64,000 bases of DNA from Octopus bimaculoides (GCF_001194135.2 NC_068998.1:53227097-53291096), one strand, 5' to 3'; shown: positions 40,727 to 54,449, counted from the stretch's first letter. Notes: generated by a model not told the origin, from the sequence alone. Program-made: numbers and translations.

Positions 40727-41837
40727 ATATATACATATCATTTATATATACAATTGTGATCGAAATATTATGTAGATGCTTATACAACTTCTCAACCACT
40801 CAGTCATTTACAAATTTATTTAGAAACTGTTAATTATATATAAATTCTATTCGCTTTAAGTACATTCAGAAAATCTATATAAGTTCAGGAAAACGATTAA
40901 GTACATTCAGAAAAACTATTTAGTACATTCAAGAAGACTATATATAATGTTTGCAGGGGGGCTGAAGTTGGACCATTACTGATGCTATCGAAGAGAAATA
41001 TTTAATTACTGATCAATAATTCGACTACTTTTAATTACGTCGGGTAACGTGGTTCTTGTGGAGTTCAATCGAAGTTCACAGCCACAAAATATCTTCAGTA
41101 GAAATAGAGACTTTATCGTCTAATTAATGAACAAATTTGAGAATATATAGGAATTAATGTGTTCGTTCTGGACATTCTTCATACGAATATATATATATAT
41201 ATATATATATATANNNNNNNNNNNNNNNNNNNNNNNNNNNNNNNNNNNNNNNNNNNNNNNNNNNNNNNNNNNNNNNNNNNNNNNNNNNNNNNNNNNNNNN
41301 NNNNNNNNNNNNNNNNNNNNNNNNNNNNNCAATAATTTAGCTTATATAAATGTATATATATATATATACACACACGTGTGTACATACATATATATAAGCT
41401 AAATTATTGCAAACCATTTAGGAATTGCAGATGAGCAGATTCAAGTAAACTTTTTCAAGTTATATACAGAAAAGAATGCAATGCGGAAGAATTACCTGCA
41501 GCTAACGAAACGCTCCGAAGCATTTGACTATTTCCTTTGTTTTATTTGAATTCTGAAACATTTAGCGAAATATTATAGGAAAATCATTCTTTGATAATTC
41601 AAGTTATACATTTTTTTTTGTATTAATTCATTGACATTTCTGTCCTCTTGGTACTGGTCAAAATTATTTTGAACACATTCTATCGCACATACACAACTGG
41701 GAATGCATCAACAAAACTGCAATAATCGTATACGTATATACATACATGCATAGATATATACATGTGTTTCTGTGTGTGTGTATATATATATATATGTGCG
41801 CGTGCGTATATACATGCATATATATATATATATATAT

Positions 41838-41872
<35 letters not shown>

Positions 41873-42411
41873 TCAACATATACGTATATATATATATACA
41901 TACACCGCAAGGTATGTGGCAAAGCTGTTATATTCTGAAGTACAATGTTGTCATTCAAACGCGCACACGTTCAGATTCACAGTCACACACGTTCAGATTC
42001 ACAATCACACACATAGACACGTATCAAAAAATGGTTTAGAGACATATTTTCTTCTCAAATTCCAAATTATACATCTTCTGTAGGAGTTTTACACTAGGGA
42101 TAGCGAGAGGACAGGAACTCTATCTTGTTTTATCTATTTTAGACCCACGAACCATTTATGAAAATTGTTTTGATCAGGATTTACGTCAACTGCTTAGAGG
42201 TCACTGTTCTGAGAGAGTCTGTGAAGATTATGACAACACCCATTCAAATATCAAAATATATATTATTTGCAAGTAACGAAGTAAATGTTATTCGAAAGAA
42301 TAGTGGGAAACACGTGATAAATTATTTGAATTTTGTCTTTGGGGAGGAAAATTATCATAGGTTGAATAAGGCAAATTATTAAGGCAGAGGTGAAATACCA
42401 AATGTGTTTAT

Positions 42412-43070
42412 GAGCCAACGTGAAATTTTGGCTTAAACTTAGGAGTGTATTGAGCATGCTTCGGCAAGTATACGCGACGAGGCAATGGGTCGTACGCACT
42501 ATTTCGACTGTCACATGTTCTTCAAAAGCAGAAAAACGTTCCTGGAAGTCTATGACTGCTCTGGAAGACGTGCCACGAGCGTTAACCACAGAAATATAGT
42601 ATTGTTCATCGAGAATTCGTCTCCCAGAGCCAGACAGTCAATCAAGAGTTCTACATAGTTTGAAGCCTTTGATGGATGACATTCGGCGAAAGCAACCGGA
42701 TCTATAGAGTGCAAAGAAGACTTGGATTCCTTACCGAAATCTCCTCATTCACGCGGTTTTCGCCAAAATCAAAATGTTGTTGTTTCCGCAACCACTATTG
42801 TGGCCGGATTTAGCAACGGCGGACTTTTATCTCTTCCATCATAAAAATCCATCTCAAAGGTCGCCGTTTTAACACCATTGTTGTGCTCCACTTCTAATTG
42901 CTGAAAGTCATCGAGTCACTTACGGAAAACGACTTCCAGGCCGGACTCCCAAACTGACAGAATCGCTACGCAAGAAGACTTTTTCGAAGGAAATGATTTT
43001 AAAACTTAGGTAAATGTGTTATTTTTTATTAAACAGAACTAGTCCGTGAGCCCTTTGATACCATCTTGTA
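42412..43070 (+). mobile_element. Mariner (Tc1/mariner, DD34D) transposase fossil, 5'-truncated and internally deleted, with a TIR-like 3' end
   Basis: With frameshifts: ANVKFWLKL…MLRQVY-DEAMGRTHYFDCHMFFKSRKTFLEVYDCSGRRATS (N-terminal HTH), joined at about 42597 to IVHREFVSQSQTVNQEFY…DIRRKQPDL…PQPLLWPDLATADFYLF (YSPDLAPxD motif)…KIHLKGRRFNTI…TENDFQAG. It ends tttgataccatcttgTA, resembling a mariner TIR plus TA target site. Confidence 0.92.
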
Positions 43071-43799
43071 AACTTTGTACTTACTCATTTTCTTTTAATA
43101 ATGTATGGTGAAATTCGAGGGTTCTTTGCAATTTTCATAATGTTGATCCACCACGACATTGTAAGAGTAGATATTCCACCGTTGACTTAAAGTGTTAATA
43201 TGCATAAGTTATTATTACTATTTCAGAAATTTGAAATGAGTATAATTTCTGACCAAGGAAGTTGAAAACATATGCAATTTCCTTCAAAGGCTAACGAGTG
43301 TCAGTTGCGTAGATAATGTCTGACATACTGGTCGAATGTGAAATAAATGTCTCAGGAATCGAATATATAGTCAATGCTTCAGGTAAGCAAAGGGTCATAT
43401 ATGACGTGGGTGTAATTAATATGTTGGCAATTTCTATCTCATAAATTTTATGTGAAGGTTTATATAAAATTGGCAAAGAGGTGGCAGAACTATGCGAGTG
43501 ATTAACACAAGAATGTGTCAGTACATGAGTACTTATATATGCATAGTTTTCACAAACCAATGCTTCTAAAGGAATATATATATAAAGATAAGATTACATG
43601 ATATTCACGATAGCATCTTTTTGGCATTAATAATAAACAGCATGCAGAGTTGAATATGAACGATATTACTCATACTAGTTAGCACTGATTTGAATATGTC
43701 GGCGTGTGTGGCAGACAACTCTTGTTTGTTTGTTTATAATGTCCTGATTATTCTACTACCATTATCCTCCATCTTGTTTCACATTTACTTCTTACTCTG

Positions 43800-43800
43800 G

Positions 43801-43872
<72 letters not shown>

Positions 43873-43882
43873 NNNNNNNNNN

Positions 43883-43952
<70 letters not shown>

Positions 43953-43995
43953 TGTATGGATGGATGTATGTACGTACGTATGTATGCATGTATGT
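43800..43995. repeat. (TA)n-(TG)n arrays on both sides of a 10-N gap
   Basis: The same motif order appears on both sides of the gap, so it may be an assembly duplication. Confidence 0.95.
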
Positions 43996-44529
43996 ATTAT
44001 ACAACTAATATTTGGTATTGTCAAATCCAGTCTAAAATTGCTCAATGGTTACACCTAGTTTACTTTTGTTCGTGCCTTGTACATGAATTGGTGAAATGGC
44101 ACATGGTTTCGCTATCTTTCACCGGCGCCCATACAGATGATACCAGACAACGTGTTGTGCCCTCGACTTTGACCCTGCAGACTATAAGAATTTGCTAGGT
44201 GGAGGGAAATGGGTAGAAGCACCAATGTGGGAACTCAAGTATAGCTGGGCAAACGGGAACAGGTAAAATGAATATAGATTCAGACAGGTTTAACGCATTC
44301 TTTCATTCAAGAAGTCCGTCCAAAAATTTGATTGTACTGGAACTAAGGTAACAAATACATTTCCAGCTTTTGCTTGCATTAAAGATTTAAGCATTTGCCT
44401 AGTATTGAACATACGGAACTTACATTTGATAATAATTATATTATAAACTTATTCATTTAGTTACACCGAACAACATGAATTACAGGCAAGTTTTGTGCCT
44501 ATATTTTTTTTTTCACTATATATCTATAA

Positions 44530-44597
<68 letters not shown>

Positions 44598-45619
44598 TTA
44601 CATACGTAAATAGATAGATCCATATATATATGCATTTAAAGCGATATACGATTATGTAAGGAGATACGCATATGACAATGCATTCCCATAATTAAAAAAG
44701 ACATCTCTATGACTATCTGGATAAGCAATGAAAGGATTCCATGTGCGTTTCTCTATCGATTCATTCAAAACCCATATAATGTATAATTATATAATTAGCT
44801 TAATCGCGTATTTATTCTATTAGATGTTATATGAATGACTGTGCATGTATTTATCAAACATAGAATCTATTGGCGACGACAATACAAAACGTATATCAGA
44901 TTTAATCTTATTTTAATCGATCTTTTATTCTGTACCCCCCCCCACATACACAAACACACACACATGCACATATGTACATACCCAAACAACCAAACATGCA
45001 CTTGCATATGAATATATAAACAGATAGATAGATAGATAGATAGATGTAAATAGTTACTCAAATATCTTTAAACACGCGCGTTTAAAATATACCCAGAGTA
45101 TATTATAGAAGAATTTCGTGATGATATGCAAATAAGAAAACTGTTAAAGAAACTTATTACATTTACCGGTAAAAAAAATACGACCAAATGCCTATTTGAT
45201 GACGGGTATCTGGTATCTGTCAGCTTTAATAAATAATCATATCCGGGCATATGAAAATATATGCAGGTTCATGGCAAACATCGACGAAAAAGATTTGTCA
45301 CACTCACACACACATATTTACACCATATATGTATATAAATTGCTTCAAGTAAGACATTGGATGTTGCACAAACAATCAACTCGGAGTGAAACATTTCCTC
45401 AAGCAGAAACTGCTGTAAGCTACTGAAATTCATTGCGTAAATCTTGGTCTTTTGTCAATCAATTAATCAGACACACACACACATATTTATCGATATATAT
45501 CTTACTTCCATGCCATAAGTACTTGAGCAAACCCACTATTGTTGTTCTCGCTACTTATTTATATTTTACGTTTGTTACATTAACTGCGTTATAATAACAA
45601 AACAAAAAAAAACACTCAC

Positions 45620-45786
45620 CTGCGCTTTTGGCATTCCTTGTACTTTTCAGCCATAATTCAATGCCCAAACAGGCCAGCATTTCTTTGATGCCAAACCAAC
45701 TTGCGGAAATATTTTCACTGCTTATTTTCTCTTTATTTTCTTACATAGGATTTTGTTTTATTATATTTCAGCCAGACTATCGTCTC
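45620..45786 (-). CDS. Candidate start-codon exon: 5' UTR plus MAEKYKECQKR (45654-45620), phase-2 donor
   Basis: Acceptor cttgatgtttcag|, in-frame TGA 6 nt upstream of the ATG, Kozak-like attATGG, and a consensus donor cag|gtgagt followed by a T-rich intron. No homologue recognised. Confidence 0.35.
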
Positions 45787-46639
45787 CTGAAACATCAAGT
45801 GTTTCGACTCTTATTTTCTTATCTCAAAGAATTAACAAACAGCACAGGTCAAGTAATTTATTTGCTACAGTATGAAAGTTTATTATCATTTAGTGGAGTT
45901 GGTAAAGGATGTGCTCTGCATACAGATAGAATGTAAATCCCTGCAACACAACACCGTCTCTTGTGAGGAAATCGTTAAATAATTACGCTTCTATTACTTC
46001 CAATAAAATGCAAATGAACTCTTTATTGGCAGTAAACGGTTCACTCAATTGAAATAAGATGTAAATAAAGTATCTATTTCCTAAGCTCTGTGACAATCGT
46101 ATTTCCAAAGGATTTAAAGCATTGCTTATTCTATTTGTCTCAATATAGTGTTTAGAAATTCCCATTCAGGTGAATATTAATATTAATAGCATCGCATATT
46201 AAACATTTTCAAAATTGTTCAGTATGTAAACCCTTTCCCTCTCAATACTCATAAACATCAATTCTGTTAAACAAACCGCTCAAAACTACAACGCATTTAT
46301 AAAAACATATAAACTTTCAGATTAATCTTGAAATTTAAATCTGCTTTGGTTATCATTATGAGTGAGTGCACAATGTTTGTCATTTGTGTTTTGTATGTTT
46401 CAGAAAACGGTTCATGCTTCATTTTGCAGTCAGAGGAATCTAATAAGGACTAGCATGCTTTCAGAGGATTTCGACTTTTGCCGTTTTTACAAAAAAAAGA
46501 AGCATTTAAGTAAAAAGGTTTAAACTGGGGACTTAAAATTTCAGTGTTAGAAATGGTAAATAGAAAATATATGAAGTGAACTATTGCCATGGCACATATT
46601 TTGAACATTTAGTTTTACTGTAATCGATGAGGACAGAAT

Positions 46640-47435
46640 TTGTAGGGATCACGTAGCGAGGATATGGGAGTTGATAATAGAGTAATACCTAGAATTTTTT
46701 GGAAAATTCCTAATAATAGCTTCACGAAACTGCGAAGGAAGATTAGATTTAATTTGCCTCCCATAAGGAAAAATTAATCAAATGGTTTTACTATTAGTTA
46801 CCTTAGTTTTAGTGTAACTATCTTTGAAAGACATACATTTACCTTTAGAACGAAAATAGAGGATTAGATAAGGGTTATCTCCCTTCCTCTGTTTGGTGTC
46901 GGCATATAAATTAAAATTGATATCGTCAATATCCTTACAACTAGATTTCATATCCCCATTAATAAAGGTAGAATAAGATATTGAATGGAATTAATGTAGG
47001 TCCCTTTTTCTGTATAACCTGATTTAAATAAGGCGGAGTTATAAAATTCGGCCTTATCATTGAAAATTTCAACATTAACAGTTAACTTAGAAAATCTAAA
47101 TGAAATATTCTTAACTAAGCTCCTAATAATTGCCCTAGAATGATTACTCAATTCGCTAATAGACTTAAGAATTCGCTAATTGACTTAAGATTGTGTGTGG
47201 GAAGTACGAGTTATTGTGTAAGTCAAGTGTAATAACTAAAAAGTTGACCTTCGTTACATCTTCATCAAAAACGATACTTTTGCTCATTCTACGAAAAAAC
47301 TTAACTAAGTGATTCTCAACTCTTTGTACTTTTTGGTCGGAAACATTCTGAAGGTAAAGTAAACAGTCATCACGATATAGACCTCCATTGATGGATGGGA
47401 ATTCAGATGTGGTTACATTTTGAAAAAATATATAT
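46640..47435 (-). mobile_element. Penelope-like element reverse-transcriptase fragment (GLYRDD type, possibly Naiad clade)
   Basis: Minus translation: FPSINGGLYRDDCLLYLQNVSDQKVQRVENHLVKFF…KVNFLVITLDLHNNSYFPH, then SNHSRAIIRSLVKNISFRFSKL…IFNDKAEFYNSALFKSGY, then KTI*LIFPYGRQIKSNLPSQFREAIIRNFPKNSRYYSIIN. These match, in order, the PLE motifs YRDD, NFLDvTl, SNHP and WFNPPY. The catalytic YRDD is at 47366-47377. Confidence 0.88.
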
Positions 47436-48430
47436 GGCTTTATAGCTGTCTCAATAATGGCTTATAGAAGTACCTTCAAATGAATATGTTTTATCACATG
47501 TAATGCTGTTCAATACAAATTACTCGTAATATTTTTGTATATTTAATACAAAAGCTAGATAAAATGTGTATTGCAGCTACCTCAGTCAAAAATAAATTAG
47601 ATGACGGATGTGAAAGTTCTCATGGCGGAACCATTGTTGTTCATTTGGTAATGCGATGTAATTAATGAGCTATCAGGGAAATAGTTTGCATAATCCTTCC
47701 TTTTCTTCTAATAAGACAATAATTACACCACCTTCAGCAACATACTATATTTAAAGATGTGAATTATATGTAAACAAGTGAGAAAAGTATGTGAAAATAC
47801 CATCTACGACAGATTGTCTATGACTACAATACTTACTGAACAAATAAATACAAGTTCACCAGCAACAACAACAAACATATTTTGAATTAATTGAAGCCAA
47901 AAAGCAGTGAAGAATGCGTTCGTAATTAGAATTTGCCCAGAGAAAGCGTTTACTTAACAAACGTATATTTCTTACGTTAAGTGTTGTTTTTGTTGTTTTA
48001 TTGAAAACGAATTAGGAATATAATTAATCTATAAAGTCATATTTTTTCTTGCTTATGATTCCAAGAAACGTTAATATCGAACGTAAGGCGATGATTTGGC
48101 AGAGGCTTTGTAGTATTGGTTAAATTGCCATTCAGTATTTTTCCTACATCTCTGCACAATGAATGCAAACCACGTCGAAATCAATTTCGAATTTCATCGT
48201 CTTGGGTTCCATAAAACAAAATATCAGTGAAATACTGCAGTCAATGTAATCTGATATTCTACACCTCATAAAATTGCTGACATTGTGCCAAAATTCAAAT
48301 CCATTATTTAGAATCTCGACACTTCCGATTTAGTAGACGTTCGATACGATTTATGCATGCAACACACACGCGCAATAACGTATATAGGTATAAATGCGTG
48401 TATGTGTGTATGGTTGTGTGTGTATGCTGG

Positions 48431-48868
48431 TTTCCATTATTTAGGCAACCAACTAGTAGCGCAAGTGGTTGTTCGGAGAGCGTAGGTGTAAGAATAAGGC
48501 TCGGCCGGGCAAAGTTCAGAGGGCTCCTACCCCTGTTGTCGAAGAACTGCTACCCCTTTTGGCAGAGAACTGCTACCCCTTTTGGCAGAGAACTGCTACC
48601 CGTTTTGGCAGAGAACTGCTACCCCTTGTTGGCAGACTGTATGATGCCATTGTGTGAACTGCTATTCTATACGGCAGTGAAACATGAGTTGTGACTGGCG
48701 AGGGCAGGCATACTCTTGAAAACAACGAAGCCAGTATGCTTCGCTGGATGTGCAATGTCAGTGAGCATGTACGACAAAGTGTAAGCCTCTTGAAAAAAAT
48801 GGGCATAAGAGGCATGAGATGTGGCATGCAAGAGAGACTACTGTGCTGGTTTGATCATGTCTTATGTG
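48431..48868 (+). mobile_element. RTE-clade LINE ORF2 fragment (post-RT region)
   Basis: FHYLGNQ / SSASGCSESVGVRIRLGRAKFRGLLPLL … GRLYDAIV*TAILYGSET*VVT…NEASMLRWMCNV…GIRGMRCGMQERLLCWFDHV fits the RTE motifs FxYLG, LYGSETW, MLRW and RLRWFGHV. Confidence 0.93.
48543..48635 (+). repeat. Minisatellite, 4 x 23-24 bp (agaactgctacccc(t)tttggcag), inside the RTE fragment
   Basis: Units at 48543-48565, 48566-48588, 48589-48611 and 48612-48635; the probable progenitor agagggctcctacccctgttg lies immediately upstream. Confidence 0.95.
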
Positions 48869-51222
48869 TAAGCTTTGCCTACGTTAATATTCTTCGAACT
48901 GGCATCGATTGGCTGCTCATATTAAATAAAATGTTAACGACTTCCAATATGCAAATTAGCTTCTCCACTTTTCTGAAATTATTCTCTATGTTGGTTATAT
49001 AAACAGATAGGCTATTTGTTGCTCTTGGAATGATCAAGCGAAGTAGACAACTGTTATGAGACGCAAATACGTTTGGAAAATTATTATTTTTTTTTAGTTC
49101 ATTGTATGGAGAAATAGTTAACATGTCATGTTTGCTTATCTACCACGTAGGTTTATGTGCACACACACATATGCCGGCTGTGCTCTGAGAATCTATTCGG
49201 CGGTTAACCTATATAAAATACAAGTAATGTACATTATTATTAAACATATTTTCTGACATTGATATTATAAGGAAATTGATTAATGAAACAGACTGATGAT
49301 ATAAAATAGAAATGACAGAACATATGATAAATTATCCCGCAGTATTTTTTTATCTTCTGATGTGGTATCTCTTTAAAGTTGATTACCTTATTCTGCCTTT
49401 GCGCTACAATACAGTCCCCGAACAACGTCTCGGGAACCTTTCAATAACATTCAAAGTTGGGAAAAGCTTCCCTTAATGGCATGGTGATTAGAGAAGAAAA
49501 GTTAGATCGGAATGAAAAAAAAATCCACCTCTATGTTTCTATGTTCGAAGTCTGCTAGTATATCTCTTGTCTCTTATTCTTTCAGCATGATTGTAATAAA
49601 CACCTGACATGCAATTTATTAAAACTAATTGATTATATATCGAAACAATATATTCAACTTACTTAGCCAACGTATATGGATATATATCTTCATAAAGTGC
49701 TGAGATCGAGTGATAGCTTTCTGCTGTAGCTACCAACGTTAAATATCTTGTATAATCAGGGTTTACTTCAACGTTGTGCGTTCGAATCTATGTAGAATTT
49801 TCCTTTAGTGCTCGTTACATTGGGATTTATGTTATACATAGATATTTTTTATGTCACTTGAGTTGGCTCAAGTGCAAAATTTTGGAGTAGATGGTCAACT
49901 GTACATGACAGTTATTAACGTCATGCGCATTTAATATTTTTCTATCATGAATCTTCCGTCAACGACAAGCACCAGATATAAACTGTGTCCGATTTTCGAC
50001 TTTTTCTTGTTTACCGATAATAAAATAGTCATCTAGTTAGTGAAACGATTAATTATCATATTGAAATTTCAAAATCCATTTGCATGTTTTGATTATATAG
50101 TGCTTCATATGATTCTAGGTAAAGAGGTTTGCCCCAGGTAGTTTTGTCTCGAAATATATTGATAATCTCTTAGGATACTAAGAACATTGGAAAAGGAAGA
50201 AATTTCAACTGTTTTGCCGAGACAATTCGTCTTCAACGGACATTTGTTATAAGCAGCATAGATAATTACAATTCTTATATCTCGTTATCTGTCTATATTA
50301 TATTCTCAATTATCTACTTGTAAATATGTCTGACCATTATTTACCATTAAACAATAGACGAGAAGCTAATCTCTGAGATTACAAGGTAGTATTTTTAGGT
50401 ATCTTCTCTTTATTTATTTTTTGAAAACCAATGTCTCTTCCAGACCTTTTTTCAAAACCGAAATGTATGAGGTGGGAACTGGTAACAAACTTTTCATAAA
50501 ATTACACATGGGAAAAATGCGTTCAGAAGGATATCATACGCAGGTTGGATGACGTCGTTATATTAAAAGTATTAAATAATTATGTAAAGAATTTTAAAAC
50601 TATTGTTTAGGAAAATGAGGATTAAACGCCGTATTAGTGTCAATAAAAATCCACAGATATTAATTAATTACGCTTAAAATATTCCATTTCTATTCCACAT
50701 TTATAAAACTCTTCGTGATCCCTCTAATATTTTATTAATAGTTTTATTTAACCCTTCATACGAACAAAAGATGTAATTTTCTCAGATTATCTTTTAGGAT
50801 ACTTTTAGTACTTTTACACATCCCTTTAACCTCCATGTTGTTCTTCTCGTCGATTTATCACGATTCGGATTAATCTTTATTTTCACCAGCCTGCAATCTA
50901 TCTGCAATTTAATTTCTTTTGCCTTTTTATTGCACCTGCTAATTATTTTAGTTTTATTTATACAAATAATTGTTTCAAATCACTCTATGTAATTTCGTAG
51001 TACATTTTAAATATCGTAATTCAATCACATGGTTAATATGCAGTTTAACGTTAATTAATTTTTAAGCCCCATTCAAATTACTTTTTTAATTTAACCAACT
51101 GCATATGGGTTCGAATCCCAAATTGGTAACAATTTTTGTCATCTACCAACTCATATTCATACGTAACAAAATATTTCTTGAAGCTATTTTTCTACAGATT
51201 GTAAATGATAAACTCGCTCAAA

Positions 51223-51223
<1 letters not shown>

Positions 51224-51272
<49 letters not shown>

Positions 51273-51327
51273 CATTCATATATAAACATATATATGTATA
51301 TATATATAAATATACTATGTATATACA
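51224..51327. repeat. (ATT)n followed by a TA-rich array
   Basis: Direct observation; the source of the poly-Tyr and poly-Asn ORFs. Confidence 0.97.
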
Positions 51328-52394
51328 NNNNNNNNNNNNNNNNNNNNNNNNNNNNNNNNNNNNNNNNNNNNNNNNNNNNNNNNNNNNNNNNNNNNNNNNN
51401 NNNNNNNNNNNNNTATATATATATATATATATATGAAAAACCAACATATTCACTTCTGCCTTCCACTCACGCGATATCGTCTCGTTCTGTTTGCCAATCC
51501 ATCAAAGTGCGTCAAATGAATTCCTTGCCTGACTACAGTATCGTTTATAACATGAATAAGCAAACACAGTTGGTTAGTAATAGCTTTGGCCAATGTATAC
51601 TTCACAGTGAAGGATCAAATTATTGATAATCTCCATAAATGCAACGCTGCAATTCTCTTTCATAAAATGTCAAAGATCAACCACATGAAGCGCTGTTCCA
51701 TTGACACAGTCCACATTGGCAGGACATGTTACGATTTCAAGCACTGCAGAGTAGATTGCTACTATACGCTATTTCAGTCCTTATTCAAAGAAGAAAAAAT
51801 ATATAATTATATGATGGTATTGCTTCTGTGAAATGTTTATACATTCTGACGTGCAGAAGAATTTTACATAAAAGAGAAATAATCACAGAACAGTTAATAA
51901 CAGGACAGTTAACCATTTTTTTGTTTTGTTATTTGCAAGACAACCATCAAAGTCGTTTTTCGTAATCTCAACAAAATTGTAAGATATTGATTATATGAAT
52001 CCTTAGTTGCTTTCCGAGAGAATACGTTTCTTAGGATAACAATATATTACGGCATCCTTTTGAATAATTCGTTGACCCGATCCCAGAAGTGACATCGAAT
52101 AATACGTCATTTCCTGACATGCACTAGGATCAATACAGATCATATAGACACAAATTTACACATACNNNNNNNNNNNNNNNNNNNNNNNNNNNNNNNNNNN
52201 NNNNNNNNNNNNNNNNNNNNNNNNNNNNNNNNNNNNNNNNNNNNNNNNNNNNNNNNNNNNNNNNNNNNNNNNNNNNNNNNNNNNNNNNNNNNNNNNNNNN
52301 NNNNNNNNNNNNNNNNNNNNNNNNNNNNNNNNNNNNNNNNNNNNNNNNNNNNNNNNNNNNNNNNNNNNNNNNNNNNNNNNNNNNNNNNNNNNNN

Positions 52395-52431
<37 letters not shown>

Positions 52432-52476
52432 ATAAGCGGTCTGCATACATACATACATATACATATGTATATGTCG

Positions 52477-52709
52477 AGGCGACGAGCTGGCAGAAACGTT
52501 AACACGCCGGGCGAAATGCTTAGCGGTATTTCGTCTGCCGCTACGTTCTGAGTTCAAATTACGCCGAGGTCGACTTTGCCTTTCATCCTTTCGGGGTCGA
52601 TTAAATAAGTAGCAGTTACGCACTGGGGTCTGTATAATCGACTTAATCCGTTTGTCTGTCCTTGTTTGTCCCCTCTGTGTGTAGCCCCTTGTGGGTAGTA
52701 AAGAAATAA
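52477..52709 (+). mobile_element. SINE family A, full length, apparently young, with an alternative 3' tail
   Basis: aggcgacgagctggcagaaacgttaacacgccgggcgaaatgcttagcggtatttcg…gaggtcgactttgcctttcatcctttcggggtcgattaaataagta…gtagccccttgtgggtagtaaagaaataa. Confidence 0.95.
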
Positions 52710-53719
52710 TACATATATATATATATATATATAACAAAACAAGAAGTTGGTGTTATTTCTTCACCATCACAGATGTTTCATTTACTAACAGGAATTCGCA
52801 AAATTTTATATGTTGTATAAACATGTAAAAATTTCCAATTAGAAATTTAAGCATGTATAACTTTGAGGCTCCTCTCACCAAATAAATTACGACTAATGGA
52901 GAATAAATAATACCCAAATGTTTTCTAGCTTTCTCTTTTATATAATAACTCTACAAATAAAATTTCAAGAAATCGTGTGTGTGTACGTGTATGTTTTGTT
53001 GTTGCTGTTGTTGTTGTCGTTATATATGTGCGTGTGTGCGTCCGAATGGAAATATGCTATCAATTAGTGTTAACAAATTATGTAATGATTCGTTCTTTAA
53101 GTAACAGCTCGTACGGATTTTCTGCACATCGTTGAAGAACAAATACTACAGAGTATTTTTTATCTATTTCAGTTCTTCTGTTTTATGATCCTCTCGCTGC
53201 ATTTTGCTTAACGCAACTAAAATTTCTAATTTATTATAACAGATATTCCAATAAAATGTCAATCTTTACAATCGCAACATTTCAATTGCCATAAGTATTG
53301 ATTACTTTTAAATTGAATTTCATTTTTACATGATAGATTAATCCTGTTTTATCTTGTCGAATAAATAAATAAAATATAAATTCACTCATGTATAATTTCA
53401 TAACCAAGCATGCATCTGTCTACTAAAATCCTGTTTGCTGTATAAATACGTATGTGTACACGGCCGCTATGTATATATGTACACATACACGTCGACATAA
53501 TGGTGGTTCGATTTCGTTGTTGGCCTGAAGATCATAATGATCTTTGCTACGGTAATTTGCAATTATCTCTTAAGTGCTTGCGTATATATCGCCAAATATA
53601 TTTTCACATTTGTGAGATAAGTTTAAAGAGCAAATTCAAAATTGTTCTTGTATTTCTTGGGGCATTATTTATTCCAAATAAAGGTCAATAAATCAATGGG
53701 TTTATGCATATTTATGTAT

Positions 53720-54003
<284 letters not shown>

Positions 54004-54449
54004 AGAGCTTCGTGATTATTCATTGAGAAGGTGAATGTCAGAAAATATCCGAATGTTGTTTAGGCGGGTAAAAATAACTGTAGTAAGATTATAACTTAGT
54101 TGAAACCATTTGAACTTTTCTTTACTGCTACCGAGTACGCTGTTACCCCAAGGGTGACGCATCATACATTGATACGTAATGTTCCTGGAAATAATTTCTT
54201 TAATGACAATAATTTTTTTTTTTTAATCATTGTTGATAGTGACTTGTTACGAGAAAATACAATGATACACACAACGAAACAGAAGGAAAGAAATAAAGAT
54301 GAAATGAATATTTTCAGAGATTCTAAAATACTCATATAATGTAATTATATCAGAAATAGCCAACAAATTCTTGAAAGGTTATGAAGATGAAGGAATTATT
54401 TTCTAAAGAGGTTGAAGTTATTTTGTTATAAATAATATTTGCTTTAGTG

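Noticed and set aside
41965-42012. Two-copy ~21-bp duplication (cacgttcagattcaca…)
   Set aside because: An ordinary local slippage product within CA-rich sequence.
46778-46780. In-frame TGA in the Penelope-like fragment as a possible selenocysteine codon
   Set aside because: It sits at the conserved Trp of the WFNPP-like motif (TGG to TGA decay) in a copy that is also frameshifted, and I saw no SECIS.
48543-48635. 23-bp repeats as a CRISPR-like array
   Set aside because: The units are head-to-tail with no unique spacers, there are no cas genes, the context is eukaryotic, and the unit derives from RTE sequence.
51105-51120. B-box-like ggttcgaatccc (also at about 15255) and the SINE heads as tRNA genes
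   Set aside because: No cloverleaf or properly spaced A box for the isolated motifs, and the others continue into SINE bodies.
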